In this document: positions 14,041 to 27,029 of the stretch, in pieces
Numbering within the stretch: the stretch's first letter is position 1
Layout: every line of letters begins with the position of its first letter
DNA from: Chiloscyllium plagiosum
Lineage: Eukaryota
Direction of reading: 5' to 3'
NCBI RefSeq assembly: GCF_004010195.1
Contig: NC_057753.1
Coordinates: 940,330 to 1,004,329, forward strand
DNA: 64,000 bases
Notes under the pieces: generated by a model
Told to the model about the DNA's origin: nothing
Databases searched by the model: none
The model's input: the letters and a program-made list of their open reading frames with translations, nothing else
Program-made: the position numbers and the translations under genes

Positions 14041-14979
14041 TTTCGTTACATACGCAATGTCCATGGCAGTTGCAAAGAAAACATTATTTATGTTAATTAT
14101 TACTGTAAAGAAAAACAATTAGCTGTGATGATTTTCTCTGTCGCTGCCCATGCAACTCTGCACTTATTCCAATGTTGCACAATGTCCAAACAACCTTGTA
14201 TCAGTAGCAAAGCAACTGCATTAATCCCCTCTCTCCCCATCAGCCTACATAATTCAAATATTAATGGCACAGCGCCCTTTTCTGTTCACATGCCAATATC
14301 TTTCCTGACTTAATCGTAATGGTTCCCTTTCATAGCCTTTGTCAACTGAAACAAACTCACACAAACAAAGTCAATTTCCTCCAGTATTGCCATGCATAAT
14401 TCCTCTCTTTCCTTTACCATGTAGCGAAACGAAAATAATGTAAACGCGATGCTAGAAGTTTTTGAGCCTGTATCATTCCCAAATATTTCACTTGCCCCTC
14501 CTTTCTCATTGCACTATATCATTCAACGCATTGTATACGGTCAAATTTTCACCCTATTGCAGAGTTTTGTCTCGATACTCTCATCCCTTTTCCCCACAGC
14601 CCTGAATCATGAGTACAGTAATTGCAAAATCTTACTCTCTCCTATAACTCTGCAGGAATGTTAAACTTTGTTTGGAAGTAAAACGACTGTCTTCTCTCTC
14701 AACGCAGCCGTATATCCATCATAGGTTAGTCTCACATCTGTCTGCATCACTATCCACAAGGATGATTCCAAAACTGAACTAATATCTCATATCATGTGAA
14801 CATCATTGAATTCAAAATATAAGAAAGCTTCACATTCTCCTATAGAATATACATTGCAATCATTGTTGTTTTCTGCCAGAAGTTAACATGGAACTGGTAA
14901 CAAAAATAAAAGATACATAACCTTCAGACTTTGACATACCGAATGGAGAAAAGAACACAATGGAAATTGCAGTTAAAGC

Positions 14980-15500
14980 ATAGGAAATGTGACTGATATA
15001 AGACACACAACGTAAAAAAAGAACGTAACAAACACCGGATCTCAATAGTCGAAGGTAAATAATTGGGAAGTTGTTCAAAGGTTGGCCCCTCTGTACAACA
15101 TCAAAAGATGGCGGAATCTATGACTGAATTGTCTGGAGTTTCTCATTGAAATTTGCAAAGTACTTAAAGGATTAGACCGGGTAGATTCAGGTAATGTGTC
15201 ATCCCCCCAGTTGTGGGTTATAGAACCAGAGACACAATTTAAAATAAGGGTACTGCGACTTCGGGGCAAAATGCGACAAATCATTTTCTTACTTCAGTGG
15301 TGGTGAAACTTTGGAAATCATTACCACAGCCGGATGTGGAATCTCAGTATTTGAGAACATTTAAAGTAAACATGCATAGATTTCTGGTTAGCAATGATGT
15401 TAAAAGTTATTAAAATAGTGTGACTTTGAATTTTCTATTCGGCAATATCGTACTAAATCACCAACACGGGTTTAATGGCTTATTCTATTTGTATGTTCCT
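14980..15500 (+). mobile_element. Old CR1 3' fragment
   Basis: Degenerate match to CR1 3' region (..CTCATTGAAATTTGCAAAGTACTTAAAGGATTAGAC.., GTGGTGAAACTTTGGAAATC..). Confidence 0.6.
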
Positions 15501-15569
15501 AAGTATTATTTGCTTAGTGAAGAGTATTTTTTAAATGGAAACGGGACAGGATGCAAGCAATATTTATCT

Positions 15570-16390
15570 TCACGCAATACATGCGTGGCCACATAGCACT
15601 GCCTGCTCTGCAGTAGCTTAACCTATGGATTTCATGATCCATTTGTGGCCACAAACAGCTGGTCCATTTTGTTTGCATTTATTCAGTGTTTTGCCTGCCC
15701 AATGTAGAGCAGACCTCATTTTGAGCAGCTGAAAACAATGGACCAGATTGAGGGATACATGTATTTTACTGGTTCCCTTGGAAGGTATGCCTGGAGTCTG
15801 AGATGGTGAGGAGGACTGAGATGAATCAGTAAGTGTTGCATCTTTTGAGGTTGCAGAGGAAGATGCCATAAGGGTGAGGGGAGGTATTAGTTGGACAATA
15901 ACTGGAGCACAGTCTCCAAGAGGGAAAGATCCTGCAACGGTAGGGGTGGGTGAGAGGTGGGAGGAGATATGTGAGTACAAGTATCATCGAATTGGAAGAA
16001 TTGGAAACGATGTGTTACGATTCTTCCAATGTGAATCCCGGTGCGGCGAAAGTGAGGACGAGTGGAACTTTGACGGTGTTGTAGCAGGGAAGAGGAGGTG
16101 TGATGATATAGCTGATGCAATTGGGTTGACTATTAACACCTACCCTCGATCGATCGTTGTGCCTTAACTGCAACTATCATCGTCCCACTTGTCCTTTGGT
16201 CGATGTTACCTTTGATCTCGAACTTCCTGCCTCAGTAACCTTTACCGGAACATCCATTTTGTTCCACATACATGGCACCTTTTCAGCATAAATGCCTTCT
16301 CATTTCCAAATTACACGAGAAACAACCAACTCTTGTTTTTTTTCTCCACAGTAACCATCACATCTGTTGAGCTTCTGTAGCACTTTCGGT
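15570..16390 (-). mobile_element. Degenerate Penelope-like element (GIY-YIG endonuclease region)
   Basis: CCCAATGTAGAGCAGACCTCATTTTGAGCAGC (15698-15730) and flanks align with the clearer copy at 35390-35560; frameshifted. Confidence 0.65.
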
Positions 16391-16851
16391 TTATTTAGAT
16401 AAACACAACTTTTTGTTTTCTGTTCTTTTAGCCAATTCAATGTAAATGCTGGCACTGACTTTTTCATTTCATGCACTCAACCCGAAAGGTTGTCAAAGTA
16501 ATTATTCACACAATTTGGGTCACGCAGGAAATGCTATAAAATGGTAGAACAACGTCTGATCTCAGCAACAGTACTCCGAGTCTCACAAATACGTCAGGTT
16601 GGATACAGTACCTCGTTTATTATATTCGGCAGAAGGGACAACTGAATATATGAAGAATTGTATTGACAACCAATTTTTGTCAACTGGGTTCGTTCTCTGG
16701 TACACATGGATGAGTCGGAAGCCCTGTATAATAACGCACAGAAAGCTATTCGTTGCAGACAGAAAAACCATCAACATGCACTGAAAGTGTTCGACAAAAG
16801 TGACAGTCATTTGCTTGTTCAATGCTGGCTGCAATGACCTCAGTGATCATC

Positions 16852-17064
16852 GGTGCTGGAAGAGCACAGCAATTCAGGCAGCATCCGAAGACAGGCAAAA
16901 TCGACGTTTCGGGCAAAAGCCCTTCATCAGGAATATTCCTGATGAAGGGCTTTTGCCCGAAACGTCGATTTTGCCTGTCTTCGGATGCTGCCTGAATTGC
17001 TGTGCTCTTCCAGCACCACTGATCCAGAATCTGGTTTCCAGCATCTGCAGTCATTGTGTTTACC
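16852..17064 (+). mobile_element. Young Penelope-derived palindromic insertion with hammerhead-ribozyme core in both arms
   Basis: Perfect 166-bp palindrome 16852-17017. Direct repeats ACCTCAGTGATCATCG at 16837-16852 and 17062-17077. 3' end shared with the GIY-YIG-bearing element at 35021-35669. Confidence 0.85.
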
Positions 17065-17625
17065 TCAGTGATCATCGTCAACTGATGTGGTTTGAAATTG
17101 AGCAAACGTTGACTAATAACTCTCAATCAGCTTGTTTATTCGTTGCATCATTAAATCAAAGTCAAATTGCCAAACAATCAGTATTCTCTTTTATTCATTA
17201 CAAGTGTTGGCTTTCCCTTTATATCCAAGCCTGCGAAGTTTCCTGATGTCCTTCAATAAAATATATTTGTTTTTCTTAAGTCTTCAGAATCTCTCATATC
17301 ACACGATTAAAGTCGAGATCGTCAAACGTTTGAGGACCTCTATTTCTTTACTGCATTCAGTTAGTTTTCCCACTGCATTCTGTATTCTTTGACATTATGA
17401 TCTTTTGTTTTATTGCATCTCCTTTGCTATCTGCTGATTACCAGATTTGGTGGCCATCCCATTCTTTCTCGCGTTACTTAGCTGAGCAAACACCTCTGAA
17501 GCAAGGCTGTCACGTATTTACTGTTTTGCCTCCAAAAGATTCATTCCAATTCTCTCAGGTAATACATTTCTTTATTGCAATTCACTGATGCTAATCTTCG
17601 TCGGTTAAGTATCGTAAGGTTTGAG

Positions 17626-18600
17626 GGTAGAGCAGTGGATGTAGTATACATGGATTTTAGTAAGGCATTTGATAAGGTTCCCCATGGTAGGCTTATGCGG
17701 AAAGTCAGGAGGCATGGGATAGAGGGAAATTTGGCCAATTGGATAGAAAGCTGGCTAACCGGTCGAAGTCAGAGAGGGGTGGTAGATGGTAAATATTCAG
17801 CCTGGAGCCCAGTTACAAGTGGAGTTCCGCAGGGATCAGTTCTGGGTCCTCTGCTGTTCGTAACTTTTATTAATGACTTGGAAGAGGGAATCGAAGGGTG
17901 GGTGTAAATTTGCAGATGATACGAAGATAGGAGGAGTTGTGGACAGTGAGGAGGGCTGTTGTCGGCTGCAGAGGGACTTAGATATGATGCAGAGCTGGGC
18001 TGAGGAGCGGCAGATGGAGTTCAACCCTGNNNNNNNNNNNNNNNNNNNNNNNNNNNNNNNNNNNNNNNNNNNNNNNNNNNNNNNNNNNNNNNNNNNNNNN
18101 NNNNNNNNNNNNNNNNNNNNNNNNNNNNNNNNNNNNNNNNNNNNNNNNNNNNNNNNNNNNNNNNNNNNNNNNNNNNNNNNNGAGAGGAAGTCGTACGAGG
18201 CTAGGTTGAGAGTTCTCGGCCTTTTCTCGTTGGAACGGCGAAGGATGAGGGGTGACTTGATAGAGGTTTATAAGATGATCAGAGGAATAGGTAGAGTAGA
18301 CAGTCAGAAACTTTTTCCCCGGGCACAACCGAGTGTTACAAGGGGACATAAATTTACGGTGAAGGGTGGAAGGTATAGGGGAGATGTCAGGGGTGGGTTC
18401 TTTACCCAGAGAGTGGTGGGGGCATGGAATGCGCTGCCTGTGGGAGTGGTAGAGTCAGAATCATTGCTGACCTTTAAGCGGCAATTGAATAGGTTCATGG
18501 ATGGGTGTTTAAGCTAGGACAAATGTTCGGCACAACATCGTTCGGCACAACACCTGTTCTGTGCTGTATTGTTCTATGTTCTATGTTCTCTATGTTCTAT
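17626..18600 (+). mobile_element. Young 5'-truncated CR1 LINE (RT) with (TTCTATG)n tail, spans assembly gap
   Basis: [40 protein letters not shown]; tail repeat 18572-18600; GTTTGAG at both flanks (17619-17625, 18601-18607). Confidence 0.95.
18030..18181. other. Assembly gap (152 N)
   Basis: Run of N. Confidence 1.
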
Positions 18601-18769
18601 GTTTGAGCTTTTAATTCATATTCTGACGGCACATTAGCAGCAGGTGATGTTATGATCAGTTTTCCTTAAATTCTCATCGACTGCAGCATGTTTCACGAAA
18701 TTCCATAGGCATAAGTTCAGTATGCCTTTCTCCCTCATTCACCTGGAAAACCTTGAAGTAAGGAGGTAG

Positions 18770-19765
18770 GAGCATAGGAAATATGGGCTGGAGTGTATCA
18801 TTCAACCCTTAGAATATGTTCCAAAATTTAGCATAATAATTACTGAGTTGGTACCTCAACATTACCTTTCTGCATCATCTCCATCTGTCTGATTTCTTAA
18901 AGAATCCAAACTTTGTTGCCTTCTGTTTTGAATATACTCAATGCCAGCAGCAGAATTCTGTGGAAAGGAAAATTCCAATATTCCCAAAGGATTGAGTGAA
19001 GGTGTGACTCATTTTAGTCTGAAAATGAAGAGTTTTATAGCAAGGAAAGAGACCCTTCAGGCCCAAAGCCATTCCACCCACATATCTAAAATTAACCTGG
19101 GCTCGTTTGCAAGAATATGGCCCATATCGTCTGAAACACTTATTGTCCATATATCCATCCAGATGCCTTTTAAATGTTGCAATTGTACTAGCTTCCAAGA
19201 CTTCTTCTGGCAGTTACTTCCATAAATGAAAGAACCTCTGCGTGAAAACGTTCCCCATTAGGACATTTTAAAATCTTTCCCTTTACGGCTTTAACCTATG
19301 TTGTCTCGTTTTTTGTATGCCCGTCGCGGTTTTATAAACCTTTATAAGGTCACTCATAAGCTTCCAGTGTCACAGGGAAAATAAATCCTGCCTGTTAAGC
19401 CCCTCTCGAGAGCTCCAACCTTTCAATCCCAGCAATAAACTTGTGAATGATTTCTGCACTATTTCAAATTTAACAACAGCTTTCATATACCAGTGAGACA
19501 GTTCTTGAAGGCAGTACTCAAAAAGTTCGAAAACCGATGTTTTTTTTACAGCTGCAACATGAGATCTCAACTCCTATAAACAATGCACTGAACAAGAAAG
19601 GCAAATAAACCAAACGCATTTTTCACTACACTGCTTACCTTTGATTCCACCGTCAAAGAACTATGAAACTGCACTCCAAGGTCTCTCTCTTCCGCCACAC
19701 ACCTCAGAACCTCACCAGTATTTGCATGAGTCCTGCTCTGATATGCCTTTCCAAAATGTAGTATT
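18770..19765 (-). mobile_element. CR1 3' fragments (two adjacent copies)
   Basis: ILHFGKAYQ..ERDLGVQFHSSL and ATFKRHLDGYM on the minus strand. Confidence 0.8.
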
Positions 19766-20399
19766 TTGGAAAGGCATATTTCGCAGTATTTCGGCAGAAT
19801 ATTGGCATAAAGCACTAGATTAATCTAGGACATCTGGTCAACAGGACAAATTGGACTGAAAGATTTGTTCCAGCACTGTACATCACTATGACTCTGTAAT
19901 TCGAATAAGATTATTATACGCTGCAGTAATGTATTTTCTACCCTTTTCAATGTTTACAATCCTTCATAACTTTGTAAATTTCAATAAAAGTGACAATATT
20001 AATGTTACGCTTTATAATGGCAAAGGCCGTGTACTGATACAAAATAGACCTCAGATTGCTTCAGTGATCTGTGAACAATGAGCATGCATTCATGGTGTGT
20101 TTTTATCTGTTTCCCTTTTAACCAAGCGAAATGTCTTGCATGTTTTAGTTAGAGCATTAAAAAGTCTGGTGAACCCTTCATAGATTTGTCTCTGAAATCT
20201 CGAGTTCATTTTCTTTCAAATCCATTTGCAAAATATTCGCAGGAGAAAAGAAAAAAACTTTCCTTCATGTTGCAGAGCAATGTTTGTATGATTTCTCGAG
20301 TTTGCACTCGTTAAGCACACACACCTTTTCGAATATGTCGTTACTTTGCATGTTTTGACATCTGCTCTCCACTGTTCACCTCCTTCAACAGCTTTCACG

Positions 20400-20990
20400 T
20401 TTAGAATGTGAAACCTAGAGGAGAAGTAGGCCATTCAACTAATCGAATCCATTCCACTATTCAATGAAATCATGGTTGATCTGATAACCCTGGACTTCAC
20501 TTTCCTGACTTTTTCTTATACTTATTGATTCATTGACCGAGTTAAAATATGTACATCACTGTCTTGAATATTCCTAATGACTCAGCATCGACCGCCCTCT
20601 ATGATAACGAATTCGACAGATTTGCAATCTTCTAATAGAATATTACCGCCCTACGTTTTCGTGAAACAGACGAACCCTCACACTGATTGCGCCCCGTGGT
20701 CCTCGACACTCCCACAAGGGAACCACCGTCTCCAAATCTCCTGAGGATTACAGTTGGTTTGATAAGATGGCCTCACATTCTTCTCAACTGCAATAAGGAC
20801 AGGTCCAATAATTTCTTTATATTTTGTAAAAAAAAAAAAGCCTTCATATCCGAGATCAACCTGATAAAACTTCTCTGGACAGTGTCCGTAGTCAAAACAA
20901 CTTTCAATATATAAGGGGAACAACAGCTTTTCACCGTTTTCCAGCTGTTGTTTCATCATTGCCTTCGATAGTTTCAGAAGGCCTCCTTCC
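20400..20990 (-). mobile_element. Old CR1 3' fragment
   Basis: Similar to 30735-31300 and 42950-43270. Confidence 0.6.
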
Positions 20991-21289
20991 ACTATTCATA
21001 AGGAAGATGATCAAATATATGAATTAATTCGGAGGTTTGAATACTTTTAAAGTGAGACAGGTTTCGATCCCCAATTTACATAATGACCTACTTTTGCAAA
21101 CAAGAATTGAGAAGTTAGTCACTCACCACGCCTTACTTAAAAATAATGACTAACTAATTATAAAGTATGCAGTCATCGTTTCAACTGGATGCCTGATAAT
21201 GTGAGAGTGATTGTCCTTTATGTCAATTTCGCAATGGACCAAATGTGAAATAAATGATCTCGACCAAAACTGGAGTCACTGAGAATCAG

Positions 21290-21780
21290 GTGAAAAATCC
21301 ATGTTTAGCGCCATTCCGAGCAAATGGAAAATATTTTTTGAGTAGTTGGAAACCAGTAATCTCAACGCCAGGACATCTGTCTGAAGTTCTTCAGGGGAAT
21401 GATTTCGCCTGAAGTATCTTCGTCCGCTTCATAAATGACCTCCCTTTATCATAAAGTTACGAGCAAGGATGTTCACTGATGATTGTACAAAGTTCTGCAC
21501 CATTCATGACTCTTCAAATACTGAAGCAGTCCGTGCTTAAATGTACCAAAACCTGGATCCATAGCAAGATTTGGGCTGACAAATGTCTATGAACGCTACT
21601 GTCACAAAAATGCTGGGCAATTGTTATTACCAATAAAATTTCCCAGCGACATTCAGTGACGTTACCTTCACAGGATCACCAAATATCAACAAAGGTATGG
21701 TCACCATTGACAGAACCTGATCTGCTCTAGTCGTATAAATGCAGGGACCACAAGAACAGGCCAGAAGCGAGAAATCTGAT
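21290..21780 (+). mobile_element. LINE RT fragment, second CR1/L2-clade family
   Basis: GTTCTTCAGGGG...TTCATAAATGACCTCCC...GATGTTCACTGATGATTGTACA (VPQG / FINDLP / FADD remnants). Confidence 0.7.
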
Positions 21781-21789
21781 TCAGTAATT

Positions 21790-22200
21790 ACAGGATGGTG
21801 CGTTGCCTCCTTTAAAGGAGATGATATTATGATGTGACTGCGGAATTCCTTCTCAGGAAGAGAGGACTGATAGAAGTCACTGTTCTCATTGGTGACAACA
21901 ACATAGACTGGAAGAAGAATGAAGTCCTGAAGATAGATATCAGTGAATTAAGAATGAAATTACACGACAGATTCTCAAAAGCAGTAATCTTAGGATTGTT
22001 CTCCGCCAAGTGTCAGTGAGTATAAAAACAGAAGAGTTGATTGTTTTCAAACTTGTTTGAAGAGCAGGTGTTCGGAGGTAGTGCATTGGATTTCTGAAGA
22101 ATTAAAATCAATTCTGCAACTCATTGGATCAGTGATATCTGAAGGTGCTACATCTTCCCTGGGCAGTCTTCTCAGCTCCAGTATATATCTGCAGGAATTA
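21790..22200 (+). mobile_element. CR1 ORF1 (SGNH/GDSL esterase-like) remnant
   Basis: EVTVLIGDNNIDWKKNEVLK..ELRMKL...AVILGLF resembles CR1 ORF1 VVVHIGTNDIGRKRDEVL..ELGRKL...VVISGLLP. Confidence 0.6.
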
Positions 22201-22279
22201 GTGAGGCTACTGCACTTGGCCCAACCATCTTCAACCTCATCATCAACGTCATTTCCTCCATTATACGGTGGAAAGTAGG

Positions 22280-22870
22280 AATGCCTGCTAGAGATTGAAC
22301 AATGTTCAGCCCTACTCGTGATTCCTCAGATACAGTCTATTTATAAGTACAACAAGACCTGGATAATATCCAGGTGTGACTTGAAAAGTGGCAACTAACA
22401 TGTATGTCACACAAATACCAGGCAATGACCATCCCCCATTGGAGACAATCCAACCATTGCCCCATTGACATTCCCGGTAATGAATCCTGCATTTTACCTC
22501 CTGCTGGTTGCCAATGACGAGAAAAGGAACTGGACTCACCGTGTAAAAACATTGGCTAAACGACCAAGGATGTCTTGCTGCAGTCAGACAAAGAATTGTT
22601 AAGGTCTCACCTGGAATATTACGTCTAGTCTTCAGCTTTTGATTTGAGGAAGGCTTGCATTACAGTGAGAGCAGTGAAGGTTTACCAAATTGACTCCTGA
22701 GCTGGCAGGACTTATCGATAAGGAACGATTCCATTGGTTAGGATTGTATTAATTTGTTTTGAGAAGAATGATAGGGAATCTCAGAGAAACATATACAATT
22801 CTCACGTGTCTATACATTTTAAATTCATGAAGAATGTACTTGATGACAGGGACTCCGGAATCAGTTTATG
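22280..22870 (+). mobile_element. Adjacent degenerate LINE fragments (second family, then CR1)
   Basis: CAAGACCTGGATAATATCCAGG; GGTCTCACCTGGAATATT. Confidence 0.6.
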
Positions 22871-24001
22871 TTTGCAGATCAAATTTTAAGGCAAAACAGC
22901 ATTCCATCATATCAGATGACAATCTATAACATTCCTTACAAGGTTGTTGTGCAGCACTTATCAAAATCTTTCTGTAAATCCATATGTAATACATCCGCAA
23001 TGTTACATGCATCAAGTCTTTCTGAGATCACTTCACAACAAAACTCGAGGACAACTCAGAAAAAACATGATTTCGCCTTTAGAATTTGGTTTGAATTAGG
23101 CTTTGAATTGCTCTTCTTCAGTGGGTCCAAACTCCAGAGCGCAATTCATGAAAATCTTTCTGTGGATTCGATGAGATGTGTTTCCAATATTCTTTGTCTT
23201 TAACTAAAAAAAACCTCCGCCTTTGGTTGAGCGATGAAATATGCATTTATGCATCCAATATGCTTGCAGACACATTTAAATTCGAAAATGAGACCTTACT
23301 GGCACGGCATTATTGAATCTTGTTTGAAGAAATTAGAAATGTAATGGCAGTAACAATTACATTGACTTCTGATAAAGTGTCAGTGCTTGATATTCTTGTC
23401 GAGACCGACTGGGAAAGGAAAACTGCAATGACCGTCAATGGTGCTCATATCTGAAAAAAAGATGGTTGAGCCAACTGCTTGTTTCAAACAACAGTAATAC
23501 ATTGATCTGAGGGTACATCGTCGTGATACTAAAGTGCCTCCTTCAAGACGTCTTTTTAACAAAAGTTAAAACGCTCAGCCGTCAAAATTAGCAAGCCAAA
23601 GGCAGGCTGCATCAGCTGCTACACAGCATGTTGCTGAAAGCTGGCTATCCCGACTGTATCATTTTCAGGTACGAAGAAATGGCTGAATGCACTGAACACC
23701 ACAAAGGCTATTGCTGTCGCCAATGTCCACATAGTGTTATCGAAGATATATGCTTCAAACCAACAACTTCTCTGTATAAGCTCCTCCACTATCACTAAAA
23801 TGCTGTCATTATCAAGCAACGAAGAAACCTTCCCACATTTATCCTATCATGGAGTACAGGACAAATACAAAACAGAAATTAGCACCAAATTGACTGTCAG
23901 TAGTCATTATAGTAATGTGGGACCCACTCAATGACAGTGCGATTAACAATGACATGATATCCCGCTCTCATTTTGTCACCTCATTACATACTTCCCCAAA
24001 G

Positions 24002-24318
24002 CGGGTAGCACTGTCACTCAGTGGTTAGCACTGCTGCCTCATAGCTCCAGCAACTTGGGTACGTTTCCATCTTTGGGCGACTGTCTTTGGGAGTTTGCAT
24101 ATTCTCGCCGTGTTTGCGTGGATTTCCTTCCACAATCGAAAGAAGTGCAGTTTAAGTGATTGTACTATGATAATTGCACGTAGTGTTGAGGGATATGTAG
24201 GTTAGGTGCATTAGTCGGTAAATAGCGTAATAGCGACGGGGAATGCGTCTGGGTGGGTTACTGTTTGGATTGTCGGTGTGGTCTTGTTGGGCCAAATGGC
24301 CTGTTTCCACACTGTAGG
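24002..24318 (+). mobile_element. HE1-type SINE
   Basis: CTCAGTGGTTAGCACTGCTGCCTCA...GGCCTGTTTCCACACTGTAGG; homologous to 10233-10511. Confidence 0.88.
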
Positions 24319-24367
24319 GGCTGTGTGAAAACATGCATTTGTATGACTAGACTATTTTAGTTTTGGC

Positions 24368-24574
24368 AGAAAGTGAGGCCTGCAGATGTTGGAGATCAAG
24401 GTTGAGAAGTGTGGTGCTGTAACAGCACAGCCGGTCAGGCAGCATCTGAAGAGCAGAGGACTTGGTTTTTCGAATATGAGCACTTCATCAGATGAAGAGC
24501 TCATGCTTGAAACGTTGACTCTCCTGTTCCTCGGATTCTGCCTGATTGTGTGCACTTTTACAGCACCACACTTT
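24368..24574 (-). mobile_element. Older Penelope-derived palindromic insertion
   Basis: Imperfect inverted arms centred on CTTCATCAGATGAAG (~24483-24497). Confidence 0.75.
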
Positions 24575-27029
24575 CAGAGTATTTCAGTTTCTCTTTAAGC
24601 GTAACTTGCAGGGCGTTGGCAAATGGATAATTCAGTGACTGTACTTCCACTGGGTATGAAGTGGTGGCAGCTAGATTTCTTGCTGTAGATGATCATTGTA
24701 TGGATCTCAGAGCATTTGAAATCAACCAAAACTTACAGAAAACTCAGTGAAATCGCTATAAGATAACTGATTCACTGTTGAATGAGGCAGACGTACAATT
24801 TAGACACGAATGTGTTTATACAATGCAGTATATATTATACAGACATCAGTATGTGATAATAATGTATGTACATTTCTCTCCGTGTGTATATCTCTCTCAC
24901 ACACACGCACACACTTCTGTCTGCTCTAGACCCTATTTAGTTGATACCTGAACTCCATTACCCTATTTCTCTCAGATTCTTTAACAAACTATGCCGAAAC
25001 AGAGTCCTCGAGGGCTTCAGCACAGTAAAATTCCAGTCCCTCCATCTGAGGAACAAGTGTGGTTTATTCTTCGTTGCTCTCCCTCAACAGCAGTCACACC
25101 TTCCCAGCGATTAGGGTTCTATGTTTCACAAAATGCTACAGATGAGGTCAAACAAAGCGGCTTGGCAAATGAGGGAACACTTCACCACTCCTGCATTGAA
25201 ATTCTCTTCTGATAAAGGCTAAAATTGTATTAACCTTTCTAATACCTTGCTGCAAGCGAATGTCAGCCTTCAGTGAATAATTGAAAAGGGCAAATGTTCC
25301 GCTTCATTTTCCAAACTTTCATAATTTTACAAATATTATGCACATCAATTATTTCCTCAAGAGTGGGTAATCGCACATTTTCCCGGGTTATTTTCAATCT
25401 GCCATGACCTGATCACCTGTGGGTGATTTTACTTCATGCCTCCAGGAACCAGATCAAATATTTTGTGCGCATGACTAATGTTCTTTTGACCTTCCTCGAT
25501 ATTTTAAATTTTGTCTCTATGAAATTCTCAGTTTCATATTCTTTCAGCCGTTAGAAACAAATCCCCCAACGTTTTCAGTTTGATACATAACATTCCGGGA
25601 AAAGAAACTTAATTTATGTTATACAGCGGTGTTGGTGTGATCAGCCATTTCTGGCCATCTGCACCTTCGTGGAGACATCAGCCATGATATCGATCATTTA
25701 CAATTTTCATTAATTCCTGTACCCTGTTTATCTCAGTCTACCCATTCCAATTTTATATGGTTGAACACAATCTTGACCAGAGATACCTATTTCAGTCAAG
25801 AATGTGGAACCTGTTTTTCGCCAATGGGTTTGCCCCAATTTTTAATACGGGTTTTATTTTTTGGATTTTTTAGAAATAATATTCAATAGGTATAAACTTG
25901 CCTCAAAAGTACAATTAGCCAATGCAGAATGCGTACTTTCATCAGTGCAGTTGATATATCATTATTTGATCAATAGTGAGGAACAGCTTTTACTTTATTG
26001 ATAATCTGTGCATCTTTAAAGGCAGACAATTATTGAGAAACTGCATTTCATGACAGAAACCTGGTTGTTGCAAGACCTCGTCAAGCTTCGAGACTGCAGA
26101 ATACTGATCAATTGCTGCCATTTGAATTTGGATCAGTCATCTGTGAGGTGTTGAGGCGTTGTAACATTTTTGGCATAATGCAAGTTATTGTGCTGATCAA
26201 TACTTGATATTTAAATTCGTTGGTGTGCTGTGCCATTTATTTCTAATACGCTTAGAAATTTCTCAAGATTAGACTTCTTTGCCACAATTCTCCTAAAACT
26301 GACACTTATACACTGACACAATGGCTGAATGATGTTCACTTTGTTTGAACTCCGAAACACATCACTGACTTTTTGTTTTAAAAGTCTGTTTTACATGAAA
26401 GAATAGCAGAACTGACATGTCTATCAAGCAGAATTCTTATTCATCTCTTAATTTACTTGATGTCAACGACCAATTGTTTTGAGAGCAAATTCTGGCTGAG
26501 ACACTCAGATGCAATCTGAAATAGATAAGCCTGGTGCAACTTGATTTCTCAGTTCTATCTGCAACAAATAACTGCCGACCAGATTACAACTGACTTAAAA
26601 TGAACTGAGTCAGATATGAGGGACAGAATATAAAACAACTCTGCGGCATCAAGAAATATTGGAAAGTACTAGAGACAGCAAAGGCTATTGCTGCCACCAA
26701 TATGCATGCAGTAGTTACAAAGTTATATGCTCTAAATCTTTCCTGTACAAGCGCTTCCAGTACAACTGAAATGCTATCATCTTCCAGCAACACCGAATCC
26801 TTCCAAGACGCATCCTGTATTGGAATGCAAGGTAAAAATAAAAACAGAAAATAGCAACAGCGTTGACTTTTTTAGCCATTAAAAAAAGGAGGACAATCTC
26901 TGCGACGCCGCAATTAACAATAGTATGCTCTCCTTCTTTCAGTTTGCAACCACATTACAATTGTACGCCAATAATGCAAGTACATGGTTAATCTATTTCA
27001 GTTTCTGGCTGTGTATACCGCACAGGATT

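Noticed and set aside
16746-17246. Overlapping 126-aa and 148-aa ORFs with identical peptide on both strands
   Set aside because: Artefact of the perfect palindrome; no protein features.
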